This document shows positions 46,571 through 56,449 of a stretch of DNA of 64,000 bases, piece after piece. Position numbers and translations under genes: made by a program. The stretch is from assembly GCA_024451685.1 (NCBI GenBank), contig JAMXCW010000006.1, positions 5,218 through 69,217 of the forward strand. Direction: 5' to 3'. The first letter of the stretch is position 1. Every line of letters begins with the position of its first letter. The notes under the pieces are model-generated. The model had not been told where the DNA came from. It ran no database searches and worked only from the letters and a program-made list of their open reading frames with translations. This DNA comes from Candidatus Bathyanammoxibius amoris (GTDB lineage: Bacteria; Planctomycetota; Brocadiia; Brocadiales; Bathyanammoxibiaceae).

Positions 46571-46694
46571 AGGGTGCGTCTGGACACACCTTGTTATTTT
46601 GTAGCTGTTCGATTTGCCGAGCTAACAAACGCCCCATAAATGGGGCAGCTACATAAAATGCGTGTATCGCAGGGCTAAAGCCCTGCGGCACCCA
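46571..46694. repeat. Composite four-hairpin element, copy A
   Basis: Collinear with 55059-55190. Modules: GGGTGCGTCTnGACnCnCC; GTAGCTGnnCGATTTnnCGnGC; GCCCCATnAATGGnGCAGCTACA; CGCAGGGCTnAAGCCCTGCGGCACCCA. Confidence 0.8.
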
Positions 46695-46830
46695 TGAAAA
46701 TCTCCTATTATTCCCCAAAAGCTGTAGTGGCAGAGCTTGCTCTGCAACATGATGGTAGGGGCAGATTTTGTAATCCTTCGCCGAAGGCTAAAAGCCGGAA
46801 CGGGTGAAGATAATGACATGACTGTGGGGG

Positions 46831-47490
46831 CTAGTGCAGGTGTTCTTCGTGCAGGTGTTCTTCGTACAGGTGTTCTTCGCTGGCGGGCGTCTCTTCGGGG
46901 GTTTCCGGTCTTCTCAACGCCTCCTCCTCTTCCTCCTCGGTTATAAAGACGAAGGAGAATAACTTGCCCTCCGAATTTATCAGCAGCTTGCCGCGCTCGG
47001 TGACGAGGAGATAAATTATTAAAAGGGGCATTATCAGGGGGGCGACAATCACGAGTACAAAGAGCGATACGAGAAATATGGGGAATAACGACATCGCGAC
47101 GGGGAACACTATCATGGACACGATGGCGACGATGCTTATACCGAAGGCGAGTATCCACGGCAGAAGGACCAGGGAGAGCAGCGATATGCCGAATTTAGTG
47201 AAGCCGCCCGTTATCTTTTTGTCGGAGATGTATATGCCGCCGGGGGATTCTACCTCTTCGTATTCATAATGGTATTTTTCCCTACCTTCTTCTTCCTCCT
47301 CCGCGGGTATTGGCGCCCTCTTAAGTCCTTCCTCTACCATTTCGTCCTGGTAGATTACGTCTTCCTCACCCTCAGGTGACTCCTCGGCGAGCCTTGCCTT
47401 TTCAAAGGCCTCCACCCCGGGACCGCCGTACACATCCCCCTCGGTGTTTTTCGTGGCCTTGCGGAATTTTTTAGCGTACCGCCATAACAT
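46831..47490 (-). CDS. Membrane protein (three or four TM helices) with acidic termini and a C-terminal (EEHLx)3 repeat
   Basis: Hydrophobic core GISLLSLVLLPWILAFGISIVAIVSMIVFPVAMSLFPIFLVSLFVLVIVAPLIMPLLIIYLLV. The tail EEHLYEEHLHEEHLH is encoded by 3 x 15 nt. Confidence 0.5.
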   Translation of the reverse strand: MLWRYAKKFRKATKNTEGDVYGGPGVEAFEKARLAEESPEGEEDVIYQDEMVEEGLKRAPIPAEEEEEGREKYHYEYEEVESPGGIYISDKKITGGFTKFGISLLSLVLLPWILAFGISIVAIVSMIVFPVAMSLFPIFLVSLFVLVIVAPLIMPLLIIYLLVTERGKLLINSEGKLFSFVFITEEEEEEALRRPETPEETPASEEHLYEEHLHEEHLH

Positions 47491-47625
47491 GGCTAAGTGT
47501 TTATGTCTCCGTTACGTGTCCCGCCACCTGAACGTTGTCGTGCCCGTTGAACCTGGACAGCCTGCGCCCGGCCAGACGTCTTTTAACGCCTATAATACTA
47601 TGCCTGTACATCTGCCCTGTCAATC

Positions 47626-48102
47626 CTAAACCTCGCGGAGGCCCGCAACGGCCTGGGCGGCGATTGCCCTGCCCTCTCCGATGGCCCCGAGCCCCTCTGT
47701 GGTGGTGGCCTTCACGTTCACCCGGTCGGCCGGTATACCCAGGAGCCGGGCCATCGTATCCCCCATCTCCGCCTTTTTTGTCCCAAGCTTCGGTACCTGG
47801 GCGATTATCACGACGTCCACGTTGTTGGCGGTTAACCCCTTTCCCTTTATCATACCTGCGACGTGCTCCAGCAGCACCCGGCCTGCGACGTCCTTCCATT
47901 TCGGGTCGTTATCGGGAAAATGTTCCCCTATGTCCCCCAGCGCGGCGGCCCCCAGCAGGGCGTCGCACACGGCATGAATAACCACGTCGGCGTCGGAGTG
48001 GCCTTCCAGGCCAAGGGAGTAATCTATCTCTATACCGCCCAGCACCAGCCTGCGGCCTTCTACCAGCCTGTGGATGTCATAACCTATCCCAAAAAGCATC
48101 AT
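47626..48102 (-). CDS. ispF: 2-C-methyl-D-erythritol 2,4-cyclodiphosphate synthase
   Basis: GIGYDIHRL, GHSDADVVIHA, DIGEHFP. Confidence 0.95.
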   Translation of the reverse strand: MMLFGIGYDIHRLVEGRRLVLGGIEIDYSLGLEGHSDADVVIHAVCDALLGAAALGDIGEHFPDNDPKWKDVAGRVLLEHVAGMIKGKGLTANNVDVVIIAQVPKLGTKKAEMGDTMARLLGIPADRVNVKATTTEGLGAIGEGRAIAAQAVAGLREV

Positions 48103-48185
48103 GTTTTAAAGGTCACAAAACAGAAAAATTTGTGGACAGAAAACGGAATATGGAGTTTCGGCAAGAAAGGGATGCAGGAGCGAGT

Positions 48186-49925
48186 CTATCGCACGTCGGC
48201 AGAGCTTTTTCCAATTAAACCCCTCACCCTGTCGGAGAGTTCGTTCAGTTCGGAGAGATGTTTCATGCACATCTCTCTCTCAGACCAGCGTACGTCGCGG
48301 AAGCAGGCCACGGTGTTTTCAATATCTTCAATGACCCGGTCTATCGCCTTGTTCAGTTCAGACATAGTGAAGTTTGAACACCTGTCTGAGAGGGTATCGA
48401 TTCGCTTAAATATCTCGTTACGATACGCCTTCCGTTTGTGCGGTATCACCGTAAAACCAACCACGCCCAGTGCGATGGCGCCTATCATCACTACAGCCAC
48501 GGGCAGGAAGAGCGTGAGCAGGAAACTGAGACCCGCAAGGCCCGCCACGGCTACTCCTTCCATCGCGAGGAAGCTTACCAGCCCGGCCTGGGACACCGCC
48601 TTTATCCTGTCCGCCTCATTGGCCAGGTCAAACTCCCTGTATTCCCTTGAGTGTTCTTTGAGGACGAACTGGAGTTCGTTTTTCTTGTCCTCAAAGCTGT
48701 GCTCACCAAGGGCCTCCACGTCGCCCTTGCCCGTCTCTGTCTTTTTGTAGTCAAGGGCTATCTCCCAGAGTGACCTGTTGTTCCTCGTTATGTAGTCAAC
48801 GGCGTCGTCGATTACCCTGTCCAGGTCGTGCAGGGGGTTGGAAAGGCTGGTCATCTCTTTCTTGAATTTTTGTCCGATCTTCTCCCTGGCAAAGAGCGAG
48901 GCCATCAGCGCGCGGGTGGTCATGTGGTAGCCAAGGAACATCTCCAGCCTCTCCTTAAGCCGGGAGAAGGCCGACTCAATCTCCATCTTGTACTTCTTGA
49001 CGAACTCCTGCATGTCCTCCCTCTTACTCTTCAGCCGCGCCTCCAGGCGTTCTATGCCCGCTATCTCTGAGTTATACTGGGCGATCCTCGTCTCCAAATC
49101 CATCTTAAGTTCTGAAAAAACGCTTGTGAGGAAACGCAGAGGACTGAGGTACTTCAGCTCCATTTTTACGTCGAAGTCCATCTTCTCAAATATGAATTCT
49201 TCTATCTCCTTTATATTGCTTTCCTGCAGCACTTTTTCATCCTGGTTGGCCTTGGCCACAGTAGCCCTTAAGCTGGAAAGTGCAATAACTTTGGGGTCAA
49301 AACCAAGGAGCTTGTAACAGTTCTTTTCGATAAACGGGATAATCTCGTTAAGCTCTTCCTCTGTCTTCAGGTCCGTCTTATTCAGCACAATGATTACCTT
49401 ACGGCCCCATTTACCCTTGAGAAGCTGGATAAATTTCCTCTCGCTCTCCGTAAGGGGTCTGTCCGAAGACGTGATAAATATTACAAGCTCCGCACGATGT
49501 ATAAAATTCTCTATTATGGCTTCATGTTCGACAAAGATGGAGTTCGTGCCGGGGGTGTCAACCAGGGTAATCTCTTTTAATGCCTCCAGCGGGTAGGTGA
49601 CCCGTGAGAGATTGTCCTGCAACTGCTCTTGTGCAAAGCTGTCGCCGTGGGTGAGAAGGACCACGTTATGGGTAGTCGGTGTGGGTCCTACACGCAGAAT
49701 TCTTTTACCGAGGAGGGCGTTTACGAAGGTGGATTTACCGGCGTTATATTCGCCGGCAATAATGATATAAAAGGGCTCGGCCATCTGTTTGGCCATATCC
49801 CGAATCTTTTTCTCGAAATCGGGATTGCCCATTCGGGTGAAAAAACCCTCAACGTCTTTTAGGAGATCCGTGACCTCAGTTAGGGTCCTCTTGAGCTCCT
49901 TATTCTTGATGATAGCTTTTGACAT
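48186..49925 (-). CDS. Dynamin-family GTPase (bacterial dynamin-like protein) with a C-proximal membrane hairpin
   Basis: G1 GEYNAGKST, G3 DTPG, G4 NKTD, a long helical stalk, and the hydrophobic paddle LVSFLAMEGVAVAGLAGLSFLLTLFLPVAVVMIGAIALGVVGFTVI. Confidence 0.7.
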   Translation of the reverse strand: MSKAIIKNKELKRTLTEVTDLLKDVEGFFTRMGNPDFEKKIRDMAKQMAEPFYIIIAGEYNAGKSTFVNALLGKRILRVGPTPTTHNVVLLTHGDSFAQEQLQDNLSRVTYPLEALKEITLVDTPGTNSIFVEHEAIIENFIHRAELVIFITSSDRPLTESERKFIQLLKGKWGRKVIIVLNKTDLKTEEELNEIIPFIEKNCYKLLGFDPKVIALSSLRATVAKANQDEKVLQESNIKEIEEFIFEKMDFDVKMELKYLSPLRFLTSVFSELKMDLETRIAQYNSEIAGIERLEARLKSKREDMQEFVKKYKMEIESAFSRLKERLEMFLGYHMTTRALMASLFAREKIGQKFKKEMTSLSNPLHDLDRVIDDAVDYITRNNRSLWEIALDYKKTETGKGDVEALGEHSFEDKKNELQFVLKEHSREYREFDLANEADRIKAVSQAGLVSFLAMEGVAVAGLAGLSFLLTLFLPVAVVMIGAIALGVVGFTVIPHKRKAYRNEIFKRIDTLSDRCSNFTMSELNKAIDRVIEDIENTVACFRDVRWSEREMCMKHLSELNELSDRVRGLIGKSSADVR

Positions 49926-50066
49926 ACGTTGAGTATCAGTCTATGTAGGCCACCTTAAGCGCAAATTATACTAGCATATCATCTTACGTCAAGAACTTTT
50001 TTGGGAAAGTAAGAACTTTTCCCTGCGTCCCCTTGCAGAGATTCAGCCGGCAAAATACAGAGAGAA

Positions 50067-51494
50067 CTAGATTACGTTTTCACATCCCGTTTCAGTATCC
50101 TGATACTTCTCGTAAGACTGTTCCAGTTCCTTTTTCCTGTCCTCAAGACCCTTCTTACCCAGGAGGGCGTTTGCGTTTATCTTGCATGCCTCGACCCCCG
50201 GCTGGTCAAACGGGTTTATACCAAACAGCCGTCCGGCCAGCGCGGTCTGAAGTTCAAAGAAATAAAGGAGTTGTCCGATATAAAAGGCCGATATCTCGGG
50301 CAAAAATATTGTACAGTTTGGCCGCCCGGCCTCAGTCAGTGCGGCTTCTGTGCCAAGCCTTTCCGCATCCATTAGTTCGTCAAGATAGTGGCCTGAAAGA
50401 TGGGACAGGCTGTCGTCCGGCACATCATAAGGGATTTTGAGCGAACATGAAAAACTGCCGGTTGCGAGAAACGTTATAACCTTGTTAAGTGGCCCCTCCA
50501 TATAGAGTTGGAGCTGTGAATGCTGGTCTGTCGGACCCAGGGCACGCACGGGGGTCGGGCCGCAGTGGACGACCTTCCCGTCCAGTGACAGTTTCTTCCC
50601 TAAACTCTCGGCCCACAATTGACAGTACCACTCTGAGAGGCCCTCAAGTCTTGACGAATACGGCATCATAACGGAGATATGCCTGCCCTTGTTGTAGCTG
50701 AGATACTGCAGTACAGCGTTCATGAGGGCCGGGTTTTGTCTTATATCACCGGACTGGCAGCGTTTGTCCATGGAGGCCGCGCCAGCCAGTAACGCGTCTA
50801 TGTCGATACCGCTCACGGCGGCAGACAACAGACCCACGGGGCTAAGCACGGAGAACCGCCCGCCTACGCCCCCGGGTATATCGAGGGTGGTGTAACCCTC
50901 ATCCCCGGCGATGCGCCTCAACACCCCGCTCTCCGGGTCGGTAGTGGCGATGAAGTGTTTCCCGTAACCGCCCTTAACTTTTCTTCTCAAAATATCTCTG
51001 ACAATAAGGAACTGCGCCATCGTCTCTACCGTGGTCCCGGACTTGGAGATGACATTGAAAACCGTCTTTTCAAGATTAATTATCGTGAGCAGCGCATCGA
51101 ATATGTCCGGGTCGATGGTGTCTATGACGTGTATCCGTGGGCGTCCCTGCCGCACATCCCGAAGCTCGTTATAGACGGGGTCGTTGAGGGCCATATGGAG
51201 CGCAATATTGCCGAGGGCCGACCCCCCTATCCCAAGTACCACAAAATCCTCAACCTTAGCCCTCTTGATGTCATCCGCCGCTTCGGATACCTTTGCGGCA
51301 GTATCTTTGTCGTATGGCAGGTCAAGGAACGGGAGCCGTCCCGCGGACCTTTCTTTCACTAAATCAGTGAAACACCCGGCGGCCCGTTCGCCGGCATCCT
51401 CAAGTTCGGCGCGGGATATACCGTGTTCTTCACCGACACACCCGGTCATCATGCCGTTAAAGTCCAGACGTATGCTTTGTGTCTCTTTACTCAT
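50067..51494 (-). CDS. pgi: Glucose-6-phosphate isomerase
   Basis: VVLGIGGSALG, ISKSGTTVET, SIS-domain architecture. Confidence 0.85.
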   Translation of the reverse strand: MSKETQSIRLDFNGMMTGCVGEEHGISRAELEDAGERAAGCFTDLVKERSAGRLPFLDLPYDKDTAAKVSEAADDIKRAKVEDFVVLGIGGSALGNIALHMALNDPVYNELRDVRQGRPRIHVIDTIDPDIFDALLTIINLEKTVFNVISKSGTTVETMAQFLIVRDILRRKVKGGYGKHFIATTDPESGVLRRIAGDEGYTTLDIPGGVGGRFSVLSPVGLLSAAVSGIDIDALLAGAASMDKRCQSGDIRQNPALMNAVLQYLSYNKGRHISVMMPYSSRLEGLSEWYCQLWAESLGKKLSLDGKVVHCGPTPVRALGPTDQHSQLQLYMEGPLNKVITFLATGSFSCSLKIPYDVPDDSLSHLSGHYLDELMDAERLGTEAALTEAGRPNCTIFLPEISAFYIGQLLYFFELQTALAGRLFGINPFDQPGVEACKINANALLGKKGLEDRKKELEQSYEKYQDTETGCENVI

Positions 51495-51586
51495 GGCAAC
51501 CTTACATAGGTTAATAATATCAAGGGTGTTTTCATCCCATCATCCTATCATCCTAAGAGGTGGGGCTGAGAAATCATTAGGCGGCT

Positions 51587-52450
51587 TTATAATTTTAGTT
51601 CCTTGAGATACCTGCGGAAGTCTCCGCCGAATTCCGGGTTCTTCAGCGCGAGTTCGACCGTGGCCTGCAGGAAGCCCAGCTTGTTCCCGGTGTCGTACAA
51701 CTTTGCGTCTACACGGCAGCCGTAGACCGGCCCCAAGTCCACCAGGCTCTTCAGGGCGTCTGTAAGCTGTATCTCACCCGACGTGCCGGGGGCGGCCTTC
51801 TCAATCAGGCCGAATATTTCGGGGGGAAGTACGTATCTCCCTGAAATGGACAGGTTCGAGGGCGCCTCCCCCTGCTTCGGTTTCTCGACCATGTCAAGTA
51901 CCTTGTAAACACCGTCCTCAATCGTCTCGGGTTTGATTATCCCGTAGTGGCTTACCTCGGACGGCGCCACCTCTTCCAGCGATATCACAGGTCCCTTAAA
52001 GCGATAATATATGTCAAGGACCTGCCCAAGCGCGGGTGTCTCAGACTCCATTATCATATCGGGCAGAAGTACTGCGAATGGTTCGTTCCCGACGACATCT
52101 TTGGCACAGAGTATTGCGTGCCCGAGCCCCAAGGCCTCGCTCTGCCGGACGAAACAAAAGGAGATAAGGTTAGAGATGGCCTTTATCTCCCTGAGGAGCT
52201 TGTGGTCGCCCTTTTTCTCCAGAAGGCTCTCAAGCTCATAGGAGGTGTCAAAGTGGTCTTCAATGGGCCTCTTGCTCCGGCCCGTAACCATTATTATCTG
52301 CTCTATACCCGAGAGCTTCGCCTCCTCCACCACGTACTGAATCACAGGCTTGTCCACCAGAGGGAGCATCTCTTTGGGCGAGACCTTTGTGGCGGGCAGG
52401 AACCTCGTGCCCAGACCGGCCACGGGTATTACGGCCTTCCTGACCTTCAT
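51587..52450 (-). CDS. galU: UTP-glucose-1-phosphate uridylyltransferase
   Basis: KAVIPVAGLGTRFLPATK, VDKPVIQYVVEEA. Confidence 0.9.
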   Translation of the reverse strand: MKVRKAVIPVAGLGTRFLPATKVSPKEMLPLVDKPVIQYVVEEAKLSGIEQIIMVTGRSKRPIEDHFDTSYELESLLEKKGDHKLLREIKAISNLISFCFVRQSEALGLGHAILCAKDVVGNEPFAVLLPDMIMESETPALGQVLDIYYRFKGPVISLEEVAPSEVSHYGIIKPETIEDGVYKVLDMVEKPKQGEAPSNLSISGRYVLPPEIFGLIEKAAPGTSGEIQLTDALKSLVDLGPVYGCRVDAKLYDTGNKLGFLQATVELALKNPEFGGDFRRYLKELKL

Positions 52451-52639
52451 AAGACTCCTCTTACCTTAATATGTGACAAACGGGAACCCCCACTTAAGAT
52501 ACAAGTCCGTATAATTTTACTTTAGTTGATACGATTATTCCAATGGAAAAACAGGAGACAAATTTCCTTGACCGGATGATTTTGTGTCAATAGAATCAGT
52601 GTTGAGACAATCCACCACGTCCTTAAATCAATATTAAAG

Positions 52640-53041
52640 ATGAAGTTACCGAAAAACCTTGAACCTCTGGAACTCTCCCGCAGGGAATTTGCGGTGCTCT
52701 GCGTGCTGTTTTCCACCCTTATAATCGGCATCACCATCAAATTTGTGATGGACAACCACATCGGCTCAGGGGAGATAAAGGTCTTGAGGCAGAATCCCGG
52801 TGAGCTGTCGCTGCGGCTTGACATAAATACCGTGGAGTGGTACGAACTCCTGCCGCTGCCGAAAATAGGAAAAAAGAGGGCAAAGGCCATCGTGGAATAC
52901 CGCCGGGAACACGGCCCCTTTACGAGCCTGGACGAACTCCTGAACGTAAAAAGTATATCACCGAACGTCCTGGAGACAATCAGGGATTTTGTAAAGATAA
53001 GCGGTGACAACAAAAAAGTTTACAGCAAGAGGACGGAGTAG
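52640..53041 (+). CDS. ComEA-like helix-hairpin-helix DNA-binding protein
   Basis: N-terminal TM helix; [42 protein letters not shown]. Confidence 0.75.
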   Translation: MKLPKNLEPLELSRREFAVLCVLFSTLIIGITIKFVMDNHIGSGEIKVLRQNPGELSLRLDINTVEWYELLPLPKIGKKRAKAIVEYRREHGPFTSLDELLNVKSISPNVLETIRDFVKISGDNKKVYSKRTE

Positions 53042-53046
53042 TACGG

Positions 53047-55011
53047 GTGGCTGATTTCAAACTGGTATCCACATACGAGGCCAAAGGCGACCAGCCCGGG
53101 GCCATAAAAAAACTTGATAAAGCATTCAGCGGGGGCAGGAAATGTCAAACCCTTCTGGGCGTGACCGGCTCGGGCAAGACCTTCACCATGGCGAACGTCA
53201 TTAAGGCCCTGGGCAGGCCCACTCTGGTTATGTCCCATAATAAGACCCTGGCCGCCCAGCTATACAGCGAGTTCAAGGAATTTTTCCCCCATAACGCGGT
53301 CAGGTATTTCGTCAGCTACTACGACTACTATCAGCCTGAGGCCTACATTCCCCAGAGGGACATATACATAGAAAAAGAGGCCACAGTAAACCAGGAGCTT
53401 GACCGGCTGCGGCTCGCCGCCACCAGCGCCCTTATGACACGTGAGGACGTGGTGATAGTCGCCAGCGTCTCTTGTATCTACGGTCTGGGCTCGCCCGAAG
53501 AGTACCGGGAGATGTACGTACGGATTAACAGGGGTGAGGAGATGGACCGCAATCTGTTACTGAAGAAACTGGTGGACATACGGTACGAGCGCAACGACCT
53601 CGCCTTTGAACGGGGCGCATTCCGCGTGAGGGGAGACGTTGTGGAACTGTACCCCTCCTACGAGGAGTGTGGCTACCGTATAGAATTCTTCGGTGATGAG
53701 ATAGACCGGCTCACGGTGATAGACCCCATGACCGGCGAGGTGCTCAGTCAGGAAGATTCGCTTGAGATTTACCCCGCCAAGCATTTTGTGATGCCGGAGG
53801 GTAAGATAGACGGCGTGGTGGCGTCGATAGAGAAGGAGCTGGTATGGTGGCTCGGCGAGCTCAGGTCCAAGGGTAAACTCCTGGAGGCGCAGCGCCTTGA
53901 GGCACGCACGCGTTATGATATGGAGATGCTGAAAGAGACGGGCTACTGCCACGGTGTAGAGAACTACTCGCGGCATATAAGCGGCCGCGCCCCCGGTGAA
54001 CCGCCCTTTACGCTGATTGATTACTTCCCGGAGGATCTTTTTCTGATAGTGGACGAGTCCCACGTGACCGTGCCCCAGATTGGCGGCATGTACAACGGAG
54101 ACCGCTCGAGAAAGGAAACCCTCGTGGCGCATGGCTTCCGCCTGCCCTCCGCCCTGGACAACCGCCCGCTGCGCTTCAGTGAGTGGGAGGGCAAGATAGA
54201 CCGGGTACTGTACGTCTCGGCCACACCCGCCCCCTATGAACTGAAGGCGTGCGGCGGAGAGGTTGTGGAGCAAATCATCCGGCCCACGGGACTCCTTGAC
54301 CCCGTCATCCACGTCAAACCCGCGACCACACAGGTAAAGGACCTGCTTGAGCAGATAAAGAAGCGGGCAGCAAAGGATGAACGCGTGCTGGCCACTACGC
54401 TGACAAAACGTCTGGCGGAAGATTTAAGCGAATACATCCAGGAGGAGGGGCTTAAAGGTATGTACCTCCACTCCGAGATGAACGCCTTTGAGAGGGTGGA
54501 GATCCTGCGCGACCTGCGTATGGGCAAGTTCGACGTGGTCGTAGGGGTAAACCTCCTCCGGGAGGGCCTGGACCTGCCGGAGGTGTCGCTGGTGGCTATA
54601 CTGGACGCCGACAAGGAGGGTTTCCTCCGCTCGGAGACCTCGCTCATACAGACCATCGGACGCACCGCGAGGAACGTAAACGCCGAGGTGGTATTGTACG
54701 CGGACACCGTCACATCCTCCATGAAGAGGGCCATCGACGAGACCGCCAGACGCCGTGAACTCCAGCTTGAATATAACCGCAGGCACAACGTCACCCCCCG
54801 GACCATCCAGAAGGAGATACGCAGGGGCATCGAGGAAGAGGTGTCGTCAAAGAGGTACGCGCGCGAGGTGGTGGCGGAGACCGAGGAAGAATACGTAACG
54901 CGCGATTACATAAACGAACTGAAGCAGGAGATGCAGGAGGCCGCCGCAAAGCTCGACTTTGAACGGGCCGCCGAGCTGAGGGACAGGCTCACGGCAATTT
55001 ATTCTAATTAG
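53047..55011 (+). CDS. uvrB: Excinuclease ABC subunit B
   Basis: [20 protein letters not shown]-terminal UVR domain (FERAAELRD). GTG start. Confidence 0.95.
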   Translation: MADFKLVSTYEAKGDQPGAIKKLDKAFSGGRKCQTLLGVTGSGKTFTMANVIKALGRPTLVMSHNKTLAAQLYSEFKEFFPHNAVRYFVSYYDYYQPEAYIPQRDIYIEKEATVNQELDRLRLAATSALMTREDVVIVASVSCIYGLGSPEEYREMYVRINRGEEMDRNLLLKKLVDIRYERNDLAFERGAFRVRGDVVELYPSYEECGYRIEFFGDEIDRLTVIDPMTGEVLSQEDSLEIYPAKHFVMPEGKIDGVVASIEKELVWWLGELRSKGKLLEAQRLEARTRYDMEMLKETGYCHGVENYSRHISGRAPGEPPFTLIDYFPEDLFLIVDESHVTVPQIGGMYNGDRSRKETLVAHGFRLPSALDNRPLRFSEWEGKIDRVLYVSATPAPYELKACGGEVVEQIIRPTGLLDPVIHVKPATTQVKDLLEQIKKRAAKDERVLATTLTKRLAEDLSEYIQEEGLKGMYLHSEMNAFERVEILRDLRMGKFDVVVGVNLLREGLDLPEVSLVAILDADKEGFLRSETSLIQTIGRTARNVNAEVVLYADTVTSSMKRAIDETARRRELQLEYNRRHNVTPRTIQKEIRRGIEEEVSSKRYAREVVAETEEEYVTRDYINELKQEMQEAAAKLDFERAAELRDRLTAIYSN

Positions 55012-55022
55012 TTTTTTTTGTT

Positions 55023-55228
55023 CGTCCGATACGGTGATCGGACGCTACAATATTTTGTAGGGTGCGTCTCGACGCGCCGTGTGTTTTGCGTAGCTGCCCG
55101 ATTTATCGGGCCTGTATCAAAGCCCCATGAATGGTGCAGCTACAAGTGTTAGCGCATGAACACCGCAGGGCTTAAGCCCTGCGGCACCCAATAAGAAATA
55201 ATATCGCATGGGTGCTCTGCCACCCATG
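55023..55228. repeat. Hairpin-module array including composite element copy B (55059-55190)
   Basis: CGTCCGAT-ACGGTG-ATCGGACG (55023-55046), then the four collinear modules shared with 46571-46694, then CATGGGTG-CTCTGC-CACCCATG. Confidence 0.8.
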
Positions 55229-55347
55229 TCTGACGTAACATCGTTGACCGGGGGGACAGAGCCCCGGTACTATGTCTAAAGTTTAAATTATAAACGTTGC
55301 GGCGGCAGGGTCGCCCCTGTACATCACATAAAAAGGGTGGTGAAAAA

Positions 55348-56229
55348 ATGGAGTTGCCGGTCAATCCTCAAGAAAAAGAGATACAGGCCCTGATAGACGC
55401 GGCCATAAGCGAAGACATAGGCGGCGGTGACGTGACCACCGACAGCCTGATACCTGAGTGGCTGGAGGCAAAGGGGGAGTTCATCATCAGAGAGCCTGGA
55501 GTGGTCGCCGGCCTGCCCATAGCCAGAGAGGTATATAAGAAACTAGACGCGGAGGTATCCTTTGAATATTTGGTGGCTGACGGCGCGATGCTGCTTCCCG
55601 GCAGGGCGGTTGCCTCGGTGAAAGGTCCCGCCAGGGCCATACTGTTCGGGGAGAGGGTGGTACTCAATTTCCTGCAGAGGCTTTCCGGCATAGCCACCCT
55701 TACCGTGCGATACGTAGAAAGGATAAAGGGGCATAAGGCAAAGATATACGACACAAGAAAGACCACCCCTGGCTGGCGGACGCTCGAGAAATACGCCGTG
55801 AAGATGGGCGGCGGGATGAACCACCGCATGGGCCTCTACGACCAGGTACTTATAAAAGACAACCACCTGAAGATACTTGAGGAGGGTCAGGCCCTGACAA
55901 AGGCCGTCCGGGAGGCGCGGCAAAAAGCGCCGCAGTGGATGCTCATCGAGGTAGAGACCGGGTCTCTCGAAGAGGTGGAAGAGGCGGTTGCGGCAAGGCC
56001 GGACATAATCATGCTGGACAACATGTCCGTTGAGGATATTTCCCGGGCCATAGAGATTATAAGAAGCCGCGGAGGCGAAGAATCCGCTATAGTAGAGGTC
56101 TCAGGCGGCGTGACGCTTGAGAACGTAGCGGAGATTGCCGGGGCCGGCCCGGACTGGATATCCGTCGGCGCCCTCACCCACTCCGCCAGCGGTCTCGACA
56201 TCGCCCTGGAGATTAAGGGGAGGGTTTAG
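55348..56229 (+). CDS. nadC: Nicotinate-nucleotide pyrophosphorylase (quinolinate phosphoribosyltransferase)
   Basis: EDIGGGDVTT, YDTRKTTPGWR, HRMGLYD, MLDNM. The start is at ATG 55348 (AGGGTGGTG Shine-Dalgarno). Confidence 0.9.
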   Translation: MELPVNPQEKEIQALIDAAISEDIGGGDVTTDSLIPEWLEAKGEFIIREPGVVAGLPIAREVYKKLDAEVSFEYLVADGAMLLPGRAVASVKGPARAILFGERVVLNFLQRLSGIATLTVRYVERIKGHKAKIYDTRKTTPGWRTLEKYAVKMGGGMNHRMGLYDQVLIKDNHLKILEEGQALTKAVREARQKAPQWMLIEVETGSLEEVEEAVAARPDIIMLDNMSVEDISRAIEIIRSRGGEESAIVEVSGGVTLENVAEIAGAGPDWISVGALTHSASGLDIALEIKGRV

Positions 56230-56257
56230 GTTGAGGGGCACGAGTACAGAACTTTCT

Positions 56258-56446
56258 ATGTAGCGTGGCAGCTTGCTGCCACGTTCAACCGTAGGGGCAC
56301 GACATGTCGTGCCCCTGTGGTTTTATGTCGAGCAAGCTCGACCGCTACAATAAATGGGCTTGGGTGTTTTTCCATTGTAGTGGCTGAGTTTACTCAGCTA
56401 ATTTTTCGTGGCGACAGGGAGTCGGGTGCGTCTCGACGCACTCGAC
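56258..56446. repeat. Array of five different GC-rich hairpins between convergent nadC and korB
   Basis: CGTGGCAG-CTTG-CTGCCACG; GGGGCACGAC-AT-GTCGTGCCCC; GTCGAGC-AA-GCTCGAC; GCTGAGT-TT-ACTCAGC; GTGCGTC-TC-GACGCAC. Linkers often read TGTAG or CTACAA. Confidence 0.8.
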
Positions 56447-56449
56447 AGA

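Noticed and set aside
47501-47981. ORFs of 132 aa and 148 aa overlapping ispF.
   Set aside because: They are Arg/Pro/Gly-rich alternative frames of the ispF region, and ispF itself is unambiguous.
53557-54312. 251-aa minus-strand ORF (and 54234-54830).
   Set aside because: It is antisense to uvrB.
56258-56446. Regularly spaced hairpins that at first glance look CRISPR-like.
   Set aside because: The repeats differ from one another in sequence. The spacing is irregular and too short for spacers, and no cas genes are nearby.
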